From positions 2,848,001 through 2,912,000 of the forward strand of contig CBDANF010000003.1 in NCBI GenBank assembly GCA_965197475.1: a DNA stretch of 64,000 bases. Direction: 5' to 3'. Positions 53,241 through 64,000 of this stretch are shown in pieces. Every line of letters starts with the position of its first letter. Positions within the stretch are counted from its first letter, which is position 1. This DNA comes from Candidatus Poribacteria bacterium (lineage in GTDB: Bacteria; Poribacteria; WGA-4E; WGA-3G). Both the position numbers and the translations under genes were made by a program. Below the pieces are notes generated by a model. The model did not search any database. It worked only from the letters and a program-made list of their open reading frames with translations, and was not told where the DNA came from.

Positions 53241-54131
53241 TTACTTGCGTCGGGAAAGATATGCCGACAATGCATGGTCAAACGGAGTAGCAGTATCCAT
53301 CTGCACATAGTCAATCTGACTCGCACCACACCCGCGACGGTAATTCTGAATAAACTGATTCAGATTTTCAAGGTATGCGGTTTTAAGTGAGTCGGCTTGC
53401 GTAGAAAGTGTCTGTCCCGTCTCCATATCTCGAAAAACAACTGACCCTTTATATGGGAAGGTGAGTTCAGCTTGGTCAAGTAGGTGAAAAACGATTACCT
53501 CATGTTTTTGGTGGCGGAGATGTTTCAGGGCAGATATAACATGTGAAGGTTCATCAAGCAGGTCTGAGATTACAATAACTAAACCGCGTCGGACAATCCG
53601 TTTCGCGAGTTCGTGGAAGAGGCCGCTCAACTCAGTTTCCTGTCCTGGCGTAGCATTTTCAAGAGCGGACATAATCGCACGCAGATGTGTTGCTGCCCCT
53701 CTCGGTGGAATGTATTCAGTAATGTCTGTGTCAAAAAGTGCCAACCCAACTGAATCACGCTGCTTCAGCATCAGATAAGTAAGCGTTGCAGTGAGATAAC
53801 ACCCGTATTCAAATTTCGTCAATGTATCATCTTTGTACTTGTAGTTCATTGATGCACTGGTATCAAGCAGGATATATGCGCGTAGGTTTGTCTCTTCTTC
53901 AAACTTTTTGACATAATACCGATCAGATTTACCGTAAACTTTCCAATCAATATATCGGATTTCATCGCCGGGCATATATTGACGGTGTTCAGCGAATTCA
54001 ACGCTAAATCCCTGATATGGGCTTTTGTGTAACCCGGTAACAAACCCCTCAACGACAAGTCGGGCAACGAGTTCCATGCCGCCGATACGAGAAAGTGCTA
54101 CTGGATCAAGATATTTGTGAGATGTTTGCAT
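53241..54131 (-). CDS. DUF58 protein (MoxR-associated)
   Basis: GLHKSPYQGFSVEFAEHRQYMPGD, IDWK, LDTSASM. Confidence 0.92.
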   Translation of the reverse strand: MQTSHKYLDPVALSRIGGMELVARLVVEGFVTGLHKSPYQGFSVEFAEHRQYMPGDEIRYIDWKVYGKSDRYYVKKFEEETNLRAYILLDTSASMNYKYKDDTLTKFEYGCYLTATLTYLMLKQRDSVGLALFDTDITEYIPPRGAATHLRAIMSALENATPGQETELSGLFHELAKRIVRRGLVIVISDLLDEPSHVISALKHLRHQKHEVIVFHLLDQAELTFPYKGSVVFRDMETGQTLSTQADSLKTAYLENLNQFIQNYRRGCGASQIDYVQMDTATPFDHALSAYLSRRK

Positions 54132-54555
54132 AGTGTTCCTTAGCTATTTTCGGTTGCAGTCTGATCAGGTCAATCATGTGTTCAGTTGTTAATTCAAATG
54201 TTAGATCCATGTTAATCATTTCCTAATCTCGCTTCTTCATTATAACAAAGATCTTTCTAAACATCAACCAAAAAGTAATGAATTCCTCAGATAATGCACC
54301 TCAATTCTAACTTTTTACATAATTTTCACACCCGATAACAAACCGATTTAGCTTCAAAAAAGGGTTTCTAAAAGAAAAGAAATGTGTTAATTGCAGGCAA
54401 AAGAATGCAACGATGAGCAAATTATATCGTTTTATATTTGTTGAAAACAGATTGAACCCTCACGGATTTTTTCTGCATACACTATACCTTAGTCCATTTC
54501 CATGGGCATGTAATCATTCACAGTGTTCTTAATTTTAAGTAAGGAGTAAATTACG

Positions 54556-54924
54556 ATGGGAAATCCTGTCACGTATTTTGAAATAGCCGGTAAAAACGGT
54601 GAAGAGTTAAATGATTTTTACAGTTCCGTATTTGGTTGGAAAACAGAACAAAGCCCTAGCGGTGAGTACGGGATTGACCCGCAGTCAAATGTGGGAATAC
54701 CCGGGCATATATTTCCTGTAACTGAGGACATGGGTTTTTCAAACCACGTCACAGTTTATGTTGAGGTAGTCGATCTTCAAACCTATCTTGATAAGGCAGA
54801 AGATCTTGGTGGTAAGACCCTTATCCCACCTCAGGATATTCCTGGGAACATGGGTTCATTTGCATGGTTCGTTGATCCAAGTGGTAACTGCATCGGATTA
54901 TACCGGCATCCGAATTCAAATTAA
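54556..54924 (+). CDS. VOC family protein 1/6
   Basis: MGNPVTYFEI...DPSGN. Confidence 0.9.
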   Translation: MGNPVTYFEIAGKNGEELNDFYSSVFGWKTEQSPSGEYGIDPQSNVGIPGHIFPVTEDMGFSNHVTVYVEVVDLQTYLDKAEDLGGKTLIPPQDIPGNMGSFAWFVDPSGNCIGLYRHPNSN

Positions 54925-55049
54925 TCATCTTCTCGCTCTTCCTCTGGAACGAAATTTAGTAAAGACATTAACTTACAAGAAACGGGTGATGAACACATCT
55001 TCCCCGCTGTATGTTTGCGATTATAGAAATTAGAATAGGAAAAATTAAA

Positions 55050-55406
55050 ATGGCAAATCCTGTCACGATGTTTGAAATAGCAGGCAAAAAAGAGACCTCG
55101 TTATGTGACTTTTATGGTTCTTTGTTTGGTTGGGACATCAATCAGGACGAAGATTGTGGTAATACTGTAGATACAGATTCGGATCAAGGCATCAACGGAC
55201 ACATTGTGCAGACAACCGAAGGAATGCCTATTACAAACCATGTAACGATTTATATTCAGGTAGATGATATCAATGCTTCTGCTAAGCAAGTAGAAAGTCA
55301 TGGTGGAAAGATACTTATGGGACCCGCCCCTGTTCCCGAAGGCGAGGGATTCTTCGCTATGTTCACTGACCCGAGCGGTAACTTCCTCGGTCTGTTTCAA
55401 TCTTAA
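55050..55406 (+). CDS. VOC family protein 2/6
   Basis: MANPVTMFEI...DPSGN. Confidence 0.9.
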   Translation: MANPVTMFEIAGKKETSLCDFYGSLFGWDINQDEDCGNTVDTDSDQGINGHIVQTTEGMPITNHVTIYIQVDDINASAKQVESHGGKILMGPAPVPEGEGFFAMFTDPSGNFLGLFQS

Positions 55407-55538
55407 GCGGTGATTGTTAGTCGCAGCTTTTTCTGATTGGTTGTCAACGGAAGATGCGACTCCCACTTAAGAGGTTGTAAAACAAGCATCACCGTGCCTC
55501 CGATGTGATTATGACATATTTATGAAGAAGAAATACCG

Positions 55539-55901
55539 ATGGGCAGTTCTGTTTTACATTTCGAAATTGCGGGAAAAGATGTCGAAAAGTTAATTGACTT
55601 TTACAGCACTGTGTTGGAATGGAAAATATCTCCGCTAACAGATGAATTATTCATTGCAGATCCGGCATCAAACAGAGGTATAGAAGGACATCTATTTGAG
55701 ACAACTGAAGAAATGGATTTTACAAACCTCCTCATCATCTATGTTCAAGTTGATGATATCTGGGGTTGTCTGAAGAAAGTGGAAACACTTGGGGGTAAAA
55801 TGCTAACACGACCTCAAGAAATTCCGGGAAATGCAAGTCACTATGCTCTGTTCCGTGATCCGAGTGGTAACGGCATCGGTTTGTTGCAAAAAAGGCTATA
55901 A
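55539..55901 (+). CDS. VOC family protein 3/6
   Basis: MGSSVLHFEI...DPSGN. Confidence 0.9.
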   Translation: MGSSVLHFEIAGKDVEKLIDFYSTVLEWKISPLTDELFIADPASNRGIEGHLFETTEEMDFTNLLIIYVQVDDIWGCLKKVETLGGKMLTRPQEIPGNASHYALFRDPSGNGIGLLQKRL

Positions 55902-55944
55902 TAGTGGTAAATCTATTCTTAACCGGAGTAAGGAGTAAATCTCA

Positions 55945-56328
55945 ATGCCAAATCCAGTGACGAAATTTGAAATAGCAGGTGAGAAAAGTAAAGCCTTAGG
56001 TGATTTTTATCGTTCCGTTTTCGATTGGAAGTCGACAGAATATGCTGCAGGCTATTACGGCTTTGAGACAAGTTCTGAATCTGAAAACGGGATTGAAGGC
56101 CATATATACCCGCCAAACGATGAAATACCTTTAGTAGACAATGTTCCTTTCGCAAACAATGTTACCATCTATGTAACAGTGGAAGATATTCATTCTACGG
56201 TTGAGAAACTTGAGGGTATTGGCGGAAGGATTCTCATGCCTCCCACAGTTGTATCCGATAAAGGTGAGTTATTGGCTATGTTCCTTGACCCAAGCGGAAA
56301 CCGTATCGGTTTGTATCAACCTAAATAA
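55945..56328 (+). CDS. VOC family protein 4/6
   Basis: MPNPVTKFEI...DPSGN. Confidence 0.9.
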   Translation: MPNPVTKFEIAGEKSKALGDFYRSVFDWKSTEYAAGYYGFETSSESENGIEGHIYPPNDEIPLVDNVPFANNVTIYVTVEDIHSTVEKLEGIGGRILMPPTVVSDKGELLAMFLDPSGNRIGLYQPK

Positions 56329-56347
56329 TCAAAAAGGAGTAATGTCA

Positions 56348-56737
56348 ATGGGAAATCCAGTGATGTTTTTTGAAATAGTGGGTAAAAACGCTGAGAAATT
56401 ACGCGAGTTTTACAGCACTCTATTTGATTGGACAATTTTACCATTTGGTTGGAAAATACCCCATTTTCCTAACGATATTTATGGCGTTGATCCGACACCT
56501 CCGCCATTGCCTGACAACGGAATAAAGGGGCATATTTTTCCGCTATCCGATGAAATGGATTTCTCTAATCGTGTTACAATTTTTATACAGGTTGATGATC
56601 TTGAGGAGACATTCAAAAAAATTGAAAATCATGGCGGAAAAACGCTTGTATCGCCGCAGGTGCTGCCTGAAAACATGGGATCAATCGCGATGTTCGTTGA
56701 CCCAAGCAGAAATGTCGTAGGTTTGTACCAGTTATAG
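56348..56737 (+). CDS. VOC family protein 5/6
   Basis: MGNPVMFFEI...DPSRN; RBS aaggag. Confidence 0.9.
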   Translation: MGNPVMFFEIVGKNAEKLREFYSTLFDWTILPFGWKIPHFPNDIYGVDPTPPPLPDNGIKGHIFPLSDEMDFSNRVTIFIQVDDLEETFKKIENHGGKTLVSPQVLPENMGSIAMFVDPSRNVVGLYQL

Positions 56738-56898
56738 ATGATATATTAACAAAACTTGTGTATGATTTTAAGTAAGTAGATGTAGGTTGGGTAAAGCGAA
56801 ACCCGACACTTAACTGCTATAGGTTAAACAAAATCGGTAGTGAATCAATTTCACACCGATACAAATTAGAATTTTTAAATTATTAAGGAGTAATACCA

Positions 56899-57255
56899 AT
56901 GGGTAATCCAGTCATGTGGTTTGAAATTGCAGGCAAAAATGGTGAGGAATTATCTGAGTTCTACCGTTCACTTTTTGGGTGGGAAATTTCACCAGAGACA
57001 AACGGTGTTCATTTGTGTGATCCGTCTCCGGATCAAGGAATAAAAGGGCATATTTTCCCAACAACTGATGAGATGCCATATACAAACCACGTAACCGTTT
57101 ATATTTCTGTGGACGATCTTCAAGCTGCAGTTGCGAAGGTAGAAAGTAATGGTGGGAAAATTATAATTCCGCCACAAGAAATTCCAGATTTTGGTGGATC
57201 ATTTGCGATGTTTCTTGATCCGAGCGGCAATGTTGTCGGGTTACACAAGCAATAG
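56899..57255 (+). CDS. VOC family protein 6/6
   Basis: MGNPVMWFEI...DPSGN. Confidence 0.9.
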   Translation: MGNPVMWFEIAGKNGEELSEFYRSLFGWEISPETNGVHLCDPSPDQGIKGHIFPTTDEMPYTNHVTVYISVDDLQAAVAKVESNGGKIIIPPQEIPDFGGSFAMFLDPSGNVVGLHKQ

Positions 57256-57287
57256 TAATATGGTGTCAAATTGGTCCCGTTAAATGC

Positions 57288-57315
57288 AGTAGGCGCGGTT
57301 TTAAACCGCGCCTGC
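57288..57315. terminator. GTAG-type REP hairpin / terminator between convergent genes
   Basis: gtaggcgcggttttaaaccgcgcctgc. Confidence 0.55.
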
Positions 57316-57329
57316 TAAGATTGAGACAC

Positions 57330-60300
57330 TCATGTAAGCAAAGGCTTTAGCCATCGCCTTGCTGTTTCCATATCCATTCCAGTGCGTTCAGCATAATCAA
57401 CAACCTGATCTTCTCCTATTCTGGCAATGCTGAAATACCGCGTATCCGGATGTGAAAAATACCACCCGCTAACAGATGCTGCAGGAAACATCGCAAGACT
57501 CTCAGTAAGAGAAATACCCGTATTTTCAGTTGCCTGTAGCAGTTTGAACAAAACCCGTTTTTGATTATGGTCGGGACAGGCAGGGTACCCGGGGGCAGGA
57601 CGTATCCCACGATATTTTTCTGTAATCAATGCTTCATTGTCTAACTTTTCATCATTAGCGTAACTCCAAAGTGTCGTGCGGACATGCCAATGCATACATT
57701 CAGTAAAAGCTTCAGCTAAGCGGTCTGCTAATGCTTTCGCCATAATGCTGTTGTAATCGTCAAGTTTCTTCTCAAATTCGGCGCAGAGTTCGGGGACACC
57801 GATGCCTGTTGTAACAGCAAAAGCACCGATATAGTCAGGAAGGGATGTCGCCTTCGGTGCGATGAAATCCCCAAGACTGAGGTTCGGTCTGGAAAAAGGT
57901 TGTTCTGTCTGTTGACGTAGATGGTGCAGCGTGCCTATCACCTCTTTTCTCGCTTCGTCAGCATATATTTCCGTATCATCACCGACACCGTTCGCAGGGA
58001 ATATTCCCACAACAGCTCGCGCACAAAACTTTTTCTGTTCAACGATTTTCTTGAGCAGAGTTTTACCATCCTCAAATAGTTCCCGCGCCCATGCGCCCCT
58101 TTCTGGATTTTCCAATATATTCGGATATTTTCCTATCATTTCCCATGTCGTAAAAAAGGGTGTCCAATCAATATAATCAACAAGTTTTGTCAAAGGAAAG
58201 TCATCAAAGACTTTAATGCCTGTCATGTGTGGTTTGGGAGGTAGATAATTTTTCCAGTCAGGAGTGAATTTGCGCTGTTGTGCGACAGAGAACGGCAGTA
58301 AGTTGGTTTGTTGGCGATTTTTTGCGCGGCGTTCACGGATTTTTGCATATTCTTCGCGTGTCTGCTCCACAAACATTTGTTGGTTTTCACTGTTCATCAG
58401 ATTACTGACGACACCAACGCTGCGGGAAGCGTCCTTGACGTGAATCGTTGGACCACTATAGGCTTGTTCGATCTGAACTGCGGTATGCACCTTTGAGGTA
58501 GTCGCACCACCGATGAGCAGTGGTAGGCAGAAACCCTCACGTTCCATCTCTTCAGCGACGTGCACCATTTCATCTAATGATGGCGTGATAAGTCCACTCA
58601 ATCCGATTATATCTGCGTTTTCTCTGCGCGACGTTTCCAATATATCTTCTGCTGGCACCATCACACCAAGATCAACAACATCGTAATTGTTGCAGCCAAG
58701 CACAACACCAACGATATTTTTACCGATATCATGAACGTCTCCTTTTACTGTCGCCATCACAATCTTTCCTCTGGATTGAATAGCACCTGCTGCCTGCTCC
58801 CTTTCAATATACGGAATCAGATGCGCAACAGCCCTTTTCATCACCTGCGCGCTTTTTATAACTTGCGGCAGGAACATCTTACCATCACCAAAAAGTTCAC
58901 CGACACGGTCCATCCCATCCATTAAAGGGCCTTCAATTACCTGTATGGGACGTTCATACATAAGACGCGCTTCTTCCGTATCAGCTTCAATGTGTTCAAT
59001 AATTCCTTCCACGAGCGCATGGCTGAGTCGTTTTTCTACAGGTAATTTCCGCCATTCCTTGTTTACGCGCCTTTTCTTTTTTCTGCTTTGCAGTGTACTC
59101 GCGAGGTTAACGAGCTGATCCGTTGCGTCTTCTCGACGATTAAATAGGACATCTTCTACCGCTTCTAAAACCGGTTTCGGCAGGTCGTCATATACAGCGA
59201 GTTGCCCAGCGTTGACAATTCCCATGTCCATGCCAGCATTGATCGTATGATATAGAAATGCGGCGTGCATTGCCTCACGCACCGTGTCGTTGCCACGGAA
59301 GGCAAAAGAGATATTGCTAACACCCCCGCTGACCAGCGCATGCGGACAAGTCGCTTTAATCTCTCTGCAAGCATCTATAAAAGCAAGTGCATATTCGTTA
59401 TGTTCTGGAATACCTGTCGCTACAGCAAAGATATTCGGATCAAAGATAATATCCTCTGCCGGAAAGTTTACCGCTTCCGTCAGCAGTTTGTATGCCCGAC
59501 GACAAATCTCAACTTTTCGTTCAAAAGAGTCGGCTTGTCCCGCTTCGTCAAATGCCATCACGATAACAGCAGCACCGTATCGTCTGATAAGGCGTGCCTT
59601 TTCTAAAAAGTCATCCTCACCCTCTTTTAAACTAATTGAGTTGACAACTCCTTTACCTTGAACACATTCTAAACCCGCTTCAATCACGTCCCATTTGCTG
59701 GAATCCAGCATAATAGGCACTCGACTGATGTCTGGTTCAGCTGCGATGAGATTAAGGAACTTAACAATTGCGGTTTTCGCATCTAACATGCCAGCATCCA
59801 TATTAATATCAATGATCTGGGCACCGTTTTCTACCTGATCTCGTGCTACCTCTAAGGCGGTCTCATAGTCATCCTTTTTGATAAGGGTTGCAAAGCGTCG
59901 AGAACCTGTTACGTTTGTCCGTTCGCCTACGTTAACAAAGAGAGAATCGGGGGTGATGTTGAATGCCTCTAAGCCGCTCATTCGGCAAGCGTGTTCTTGA
60001 GGTTCAGGCTGCCTTGGAGGATATTCGGCTGCAACTTTCGCAATCGTTTCAATATGTTCTGGTTGGCTACCACAACAACCACCGACGATATTGACGAATC
60101 CGTTTTGTGCGAATTCGTGCATCCAATTTCCCATTTCATTTGGTGTCTGCGTATAATGACCGAATTCGTTTGGAAGTCCAGCGTTGGGATAGCATATAAC
60201 TGGGATATCCGCGAGTTTCGCCATTTCCGCTAAATAGGGGCGGATCTGTTGTGCGCCGAACCCACAGTTTAACCCGACGGCAAGTAGGTTGGCATGTCGG

Positions 60301-61004
60301 ACGGAGTTCCAGAAAGCCTCAACTGTTTGTCCAGAAAGGTTGCGCCCACCGCCGCCACTTCTGTCAGAGGAAACGATAAGGGGTATGTCAATGCCTCTCT
60401 TTTCAGAAAGTGATTGTATTGCAAAGAGTGCAGCTTTACAATTAAGGGTATCCATCACGGTTTCAACGAGCAGGAGATCAACGCCGCCATCAATTAAGCC
60501 TTCCGCCTGTGTGATATAGGCAGCTACCAATTGTGCAAATGTAATATTCCGGTATCCTGGGTCGTTTACGTTCGGTGAGATGGAGCAGCTGCGATTGGTA
60601 GGTCCCATACTTCCCGCTACAAAACGAGGTTTAGTAGCGGATGACCATTCGTCTGCAACCTCACGAGCGATTTGTGCTGCAGCATAATTTACCTGATACG
60701 CTTCATCTTGAAGTTGGTAGTCAGCCATTGACACAGATGTGCTGGTAAAAGTATTCGTTTCAATGATGTCTGAACCAACCCTACAGTAATTTGTATGTAT
60801 CTCACGCACAATATGCGGTTGAGTGATAGAGAGTAGGTCATTATATCCTTTCAGATCGCACGAATGATCGGCAAACTGGTCGCTTCGGAAACCTGCTTCC
60901 GTAAGACGATAGGTCTGCAATAGTGATCCCATTGCACCGTCAAGGATCAAAATACGTTGCTTTAGTTCATTTTTTAGATGTATTATTCGTTCAGATTCTG
61001 TCAT
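57330..61004 (-). CDS. metH: Cobalamin-dependent methionine synthase
   Basis: [39 protein letters not shown]. Confidence 0.97.
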   Translation of the reverse strand: MTESERIIHLKNELKQRILILDGAMGSLLQTYRLTEAGFRSDQFADHSCDLKGYNDLLSITQPHIVREIHTNYCRVGSDIIETNTFTSTSVSMADYQLQDEAYQVNYAAAQIAREVADEWSSATKPRFVAGSMGPTNRSCSISPNVNDPGYRNITFAQLVAAYITQAEGLIDGGVDLLLVETVMDTLNCKAALFAIQSLSEKRGIDIPLIVSSDRSGGGGRNLSGQTVEAFWNSVRHANLLAVGLNCGFGAQQIRPYLAEMAKLADIPVICYPNAGLPNEFGHYTQTPNEMGNWMHEFAQNGFVNIVGGCCGSQPEHIETIAKVAAEYPPRQPEPQEHACRMSGLEAFNITPDSLFVNVGERTNVTGSRRFATLIKKDDYETALEVARDQVENGAQIIDINMDAGMLDAKTAIVKFLNLIAAEPDISRVPIMLDSSKWDVIEAGLECVQGKGVVNSISLKEGEDDFLEKARLIRRYGAAVIVMAFDEAGQADSFERKVEICRRAYKLLTEAVNFPAEDIIFDPNIFAVATGIPEHNEYALAFIDACREIKATCPHALVSGGVSNISFAFRGNDTVREAMHAAFLYHTINAGMDMGIVNAGQLAVYDDLPKPVLEAVEDVLFNRREDATDQLVNLASTLQSRKKKRRVNKEWRKLPVEKRLSHALVEGIIEHIEADTEEARLMYERPIQVIEGPLMDGMDRVGELFGDGKMFLPQVIKSAQVMKRAVAHLIPYIEREQAAGAIQSRGKIVMATVKGDVHDIGKNIVGVVLGCNNYDVVDLGVMVPAEDILETSRRENADIIGLSGLITPSLDEMVHVAEEMEREGFCLPLLIGGATTSKVHTAVQIEQAYSGPTIHVKDASRSVGVVSNLMNSENQQMFVEQTREEYAKIRERRAKNRQQTNLLPFSVAQQRKFTPDWKNYLPPKPHMTGIKVFDDFPLTKLVDYIDWTPFFTTWEMIGKYPNILENPERGAWARELFEDGKTLLKKIVEQKKFCARAVVGIFPANGVGDDTEIYADEARKEVIGTLHHLRQQTEQPFSRPNLSLGDFIAPKATSLPDYIGAFAVTTGIGVPELCAEFEKKLDDYNSIMAKALADRLAEAFTECMHWHVRTTLWSYANDEKLDNEALITEKYRGIRPAPGYPACPDHNQKRVLFKLLQATENTGISLTESLAMFPAASVSGWYFSHPDTRYFSIARIGEDQVVDYAERTGMDMETARRWLKPLLT

Positions 61005-61166
61005 ACTTTTCTCTTATTTTTTAGATAGGTATGTGTCATTGACGCATCATGGCTTTTACCAATTTGCAATCTATATATTATACCACGAGCGATGCGGTTT
61101 GTCCATTCCATATTAATGGAATCAATGCTAAAAACATGAGTAACGCGAAATTAGGAGACAAAATTT

Positions 61167-61625
61167 GTGTCAAACACAAAAGTAGATTTTATACAGAAAC
61201 AAAATGTTGAGATGTCCCTTCATGCCCATAAATATGCTATCCATTTTGATATCCTGCCCGAAATTTCCTATCTCAATCAAGAGATACCTGTTATAATTGC
61301 CGACCTCTTACAACTTTTTCATGGATTTCCCGAAGACGTATGGATTTCACAACAATCGGTTGACGAAGGGTTGGATTTTTGTCGGGTGATCTTTTGGATT
61401 TTTTCTGAATCATCTGATGCCCTCAAAACGTTTAACATCTGGTTTCAGGCACTGTTTCGTGAGGCACAAGTCGCAGAAACTTTAGAACGTCTCGTCACTT
61501 GTGCGTTAGATGAGCCGGATACTGTAGAGGTAGATCTTACAGATTGGACACGGGTACATGCTTTAGGAGCAGACGTTGAGAAAGCAATTCAGACTGAATT
61601 AGAAAAAAATAACATTGACATGTAA
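61167..61625 (+). CDS. Hypothetical protein
   Basis: 152-aa ORF with RBS aggag. Confidence 0.6.
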   Translation: MSNTKVDFIQKQNVEMSLHAHKYAIHFDILPEISYLNQEIPVIIADLLQLFHGFPEDVWISQQSVDEGLDFCRVIFWIFSESSDALKTFNIWFQALFREAQVAETLERLVTCALDEPDTVEVDLTDWTRVHALGADVEKAIQTELEKNNIDM

Positions 61626-61688
61626 AATTGACTATGCTATACTATTTAACGAAAATAGATATTCCTTGTTAAGTTAAGGAGAAACGCC

Positions 61689-62438
61689 GTGAAACGCTTG
61701 TCTTGCAGTTTACTTCTACTGTGCTTGTGCCTAAGTTTTTCAAACATAGGGCATACTTATACAGTTAATGAAATCTTCCAGAATTTCAAAATGGCTTATG
61801 AGAAGTCCAAGAACTTCAGTGCAGAATTTGAGGAAACAACGTTATTTAAAACTAAAAAAAGTGTTACGCGCGGACGATTTACATTTGGCAAACCAAACCT
61901 ACTACGCAAGGAATATGTCGCACCTAAAGCCCCAAACAAAATCGTAAAAACCATCGTTTTAGACGGTGCTTACGCATGGTCTTACACCCCGATGCTCAAT
62001 CAAGTCAATAAAACGAAGTTGCAAAGCGCCCAGCGACGTGAGTTATTACCCGGAATTGGTGCCTCTCTGAAGGATGTAACAGAAAACTGGGATATGAAAC
62101 ACGTCCCGGATGAAGCAGCGAACGCAAAAGGTGTATACCAAATTCAGTTAACCCCAAAACCACATCTTCTAAATAGAAATGCAAAGCAAACCCCTGAAGA
62201 TGGAACTATCAAGGAAAAACCTAAAGATGGAGATGTCAAAGAGACAATTGAAATCTGGGTCAAAGAAGGTGAGTGGCTCCCCGTACAATTTGGTCATGCG
62301 ATTGAATATGAGGACGGTAGCCGCCGTAGCGTAATTGTAAAGTTATCTAAAATCGAACGAGATAAGAAATTACACCCGAAGGTTTTCAAGTTTGTTTATC
62401 CTGAAGATGCTGAGGTGATCGATCTTTCTGAGAATTAA
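61689..62438 (+). CDS. LolA-like outer-membrane lipoprotein carrier
   Basis: Signal peptide; FSAEF...GRFTFGKPNLLRKEY...DG..WSY.P...FKFVYPEDAEVID. Confidence 0.75.
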   Translation: MKRLSCSLLLLCLCLSFSNIGHTYTVNEIFQNFKMAYEKSKNFSAEFEETTLFKTKKSVTRGRFTFGKPNLLRKEYVAPKAPNKIVKTIVLDGAYAWSYTPMLNQVNKTKLQSAQRRELLPGIGASLKDVTENWDMKHVPDEAANAKGVYQIQLTPKPHLLNRNAKQTPEDGTIKEKPKDGDVKETIEIWVKEGEWLPVQFGHAIEYEDGSRRSVIVKLSKIERDKKLHPKVFKFVYPEDAEVIDLSEN

Positions 62439-62444
62439 GCATTT

Positions 62445-63044
62445 ATGAACTTCCGTTATCTTTTTCGGTTGGCAAATCTCCTTACATTTTCACGATTATT
62501 GCTAACACTGCCTTTTATCTTCTTTTTTCACGCCAAAATGATGGTGCCTGCAGCAATCTGTTTTGGGTTGGCTGCCTTAACAGACCATTTTGATGGGAGA
62601 ATTGCACGCAAGCAAGGAATCACCGAATTTGGCAGCTTCATGGACTCGTTCGTAGATAAAATTTTGGTCGGTGCTGCTTTAATATGTTTCTATCTTTTTC
62701 AGCATGAATATTTAGGTAATGGGGCAGAATTGATTCCAAGATGGATGGTGTTAGTTATCATTGGGCGTGAAGTAGTCGTCACCGCATTTAGAATCCTATT
62801 TGTAGCGAAACATGGTGAGGTCATATCGGCGAATCAATGGGGAAAATACAAAACGACTTCTCAACTCATCGTGGTATTAATAAGTTTGGTTTTGCTAATC
62901 TTGTCAGTTACTTTTGAATATGTATCTGAATATGTCATTCAACGCCACGGACCCATTTACTTTATGATGTATCTACCTGTAGTGTTGACAGTTGCCTCCG
63001 GCTTAGAATTTCTGTACGGCAACCGAAAGGCGTTCTCGGTTTAG
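62445..63044 (+). CDS. pgsA: CDP-diacylglycerol--glycerol-3-phosphate phosphatidyltransferase
   Basis: TDHFDGRIAR...FGSFMDSFVDK, GKYKT; typical pgsA-thpR-recA order. Confidence 0.88.
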   Translation: MNFRYLFRLANLLTFSRLLLTLPFIFFFHAKMMVPAAICFGLAALTDHFDGRIARKQGITEFGSFMDSFVDKILVGAALICFYLFQHEYLGNGAELIPRWMVLVIIGREVVVTAFRILFVAKHGEVISANQWGKYKTTSQLIVVLISLVLLILSVTFEYVSEYVIQRHGPIYFMMYLPVVLTVASGLEFLYGNRKAFSV

Positions 63045-63054
63045 GGTAATCATA

Positions 63055-63648
63055 ATGAAACCTGATTGTACTCGGTGTTTTGTTGCTATTGAGATACCAG
63101 AAAGTATTCAAACGAAATTAACAGAGATTCAGGAGGTATTTCGCTCAAGGATTGAGGGAGCATCGTGGACAAGACTTGGGAATTTTCACCTTACATTGAA
63201 GTTTCTTGGAGACGTTGAGTCCGACAGTATTCAGGAGATTGGCACAGTCTTGCAAAGAGGGGCGATGAGTCATAAGCCATTTTCTGTAGAAATTGGTGGG
63301 ATGGGAGCATTTCCAAATTTGGTTCGACCTCGTGTATTGTGGGTAGGTTTGAAACAGGGAGCAGCACAAACAACAATGTTGGCGCGTACGGTAAACGGTG
63401 AACTGGTAAAATTGGGGTATCCGAATGATACCCGGTTTCACCCGCATTTTACACTTGCACGGCTAAAAAACCAAGTAAACTTGAATTCTTTTATCAATTT
63501 ATTTAAGAAATTTGAAACTATTGAGGGGACATTGCTGACAGTTGATAAAATCACACTCGTCAAAAGTGAGTTGCACCCCAGCGGTGCAGTCTATACCCCG
63601 ATCAAAATTTATCAATTGGGCAGGGAGAAAGTCGAAAATGGCAAATGA
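63055..63648 (+). CDS. thpR: RNA 2',3'-cyclic phosphodiesterase
   Basis: Two HxT motifs (HLTL, HFTL). Confidence 0.9.
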   Translation: MKPDCTRCFVAIEIPESIQTKLTEIQEVFRSRIEGASWTRLGNFHLTLKFLGDVESDSIQEIGTVLQRGAMSHKPFSVEIGGMGAFPNLVRPRVLWVGLKQGAAQTTMLARTVNGELVKLGYPNDTRFHPHFTLARLKNQVNLNSFINLFKKFETIEGTLLTVDKITLVKSELHPSGAVYTPIKIYQLGREKVENGK

Positions 63649-64000
63649 CAATCAAAAAAAGCCGGAAAATAAAAAAAGTCCGGAAGAACAGAAAAAAGCT
63701 GAAGAGAAAAAGAAGGCTGTTGACCAAGCTATTTCTCAAGTTGAACGCGCCTACGGAAAAGGCGCAATTATGCGTTTTACTGACAACGAAGTGGTGCCTG
63801 TTGAAGCTATTCCTACAGGAGCCCTTTCGCTTGATATAGCGTTGGGCGTTGGTGGAGTTCCGAGAGGAAGAATTATCGAAATTTTTGGACATGAGGGGAC
63901 AGGAAAAACCACGTTGGCACTTCACATTGTCGCTGAGGCTCAGAAATTGGGCGGAATCGCAGCATTCATTGACGTTGAGCATGCTTTAGACACGACTTAC
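63638..64000 (+). CDS. recA: RecA, 5' part (runs off window)
   Basis: YGKGAIM...[37 protein letters not shown]...[10 protein letters not shown]. Confidence 0.96.
   Translation, partial: MANDNQKKPENKKSPEEQKKAEEKKKAVDQAISQVERAYGKGAIMRFTDNEVVPVEAIPTGALSLDIALGVGGVPRGRIIEIFGHEGTGKTTLALHIVAEAQKLGGIAAFIDVEHALDTTY

Noticed and set aside
54556-57255. VOC genes as integron cassettes
   Set aside because: No shared attC-like intergenic sequence and no integrase; the genes are paralogs.
63602-63982. ORF-track calls 63602-63982 (-) and 63645-63839 (+), and other short antisense ORFs over long genes
   Set aside because: Shadow frames; the real gene here is recA starting at 63638.

Overview
Bacterial chromosomal window, most likely Candidatus Poribacteria (inferred from a LamG fragment ending in the typical 'VEPAGKLATTWGxIK' tail, plus sulfatase, TPR-lipoprotein and Rpn content). 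The first ~17 kb is an IS-dense accessory region with an IS630 end, two IS3 copies, a triple IS1>IS4-like>IS3 nest, an IS701 inside a sulfatase, IS1595 and a TnpB-only IS200/IS605 element. The most unusual locus is 12851-17045. A complete tnpB element lies next to an orphan CRISPR array (37-bp repeat, no cas genes in the window). One 'spacer' in this array is 1,848 bp of phage-like multi-gene DNA cut mid-ORF at both repeat boundaries. The leader position of the array is occupied by a second copy of the tnpB left end, carrying a sigma70 promoter and an 85-nt pseudoknot-like RNA. The rest is mostly housekeeping or metabolic (purC, argS, mtnP, trpA, metH, pgsA, thpR, recA), with a small defence-like island (frameshifted RM system, protease, Rpn), a six-copy VOC gene array, MITEs and several pseudogenes. 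All calls come from reading the sequence; no database searches were run.
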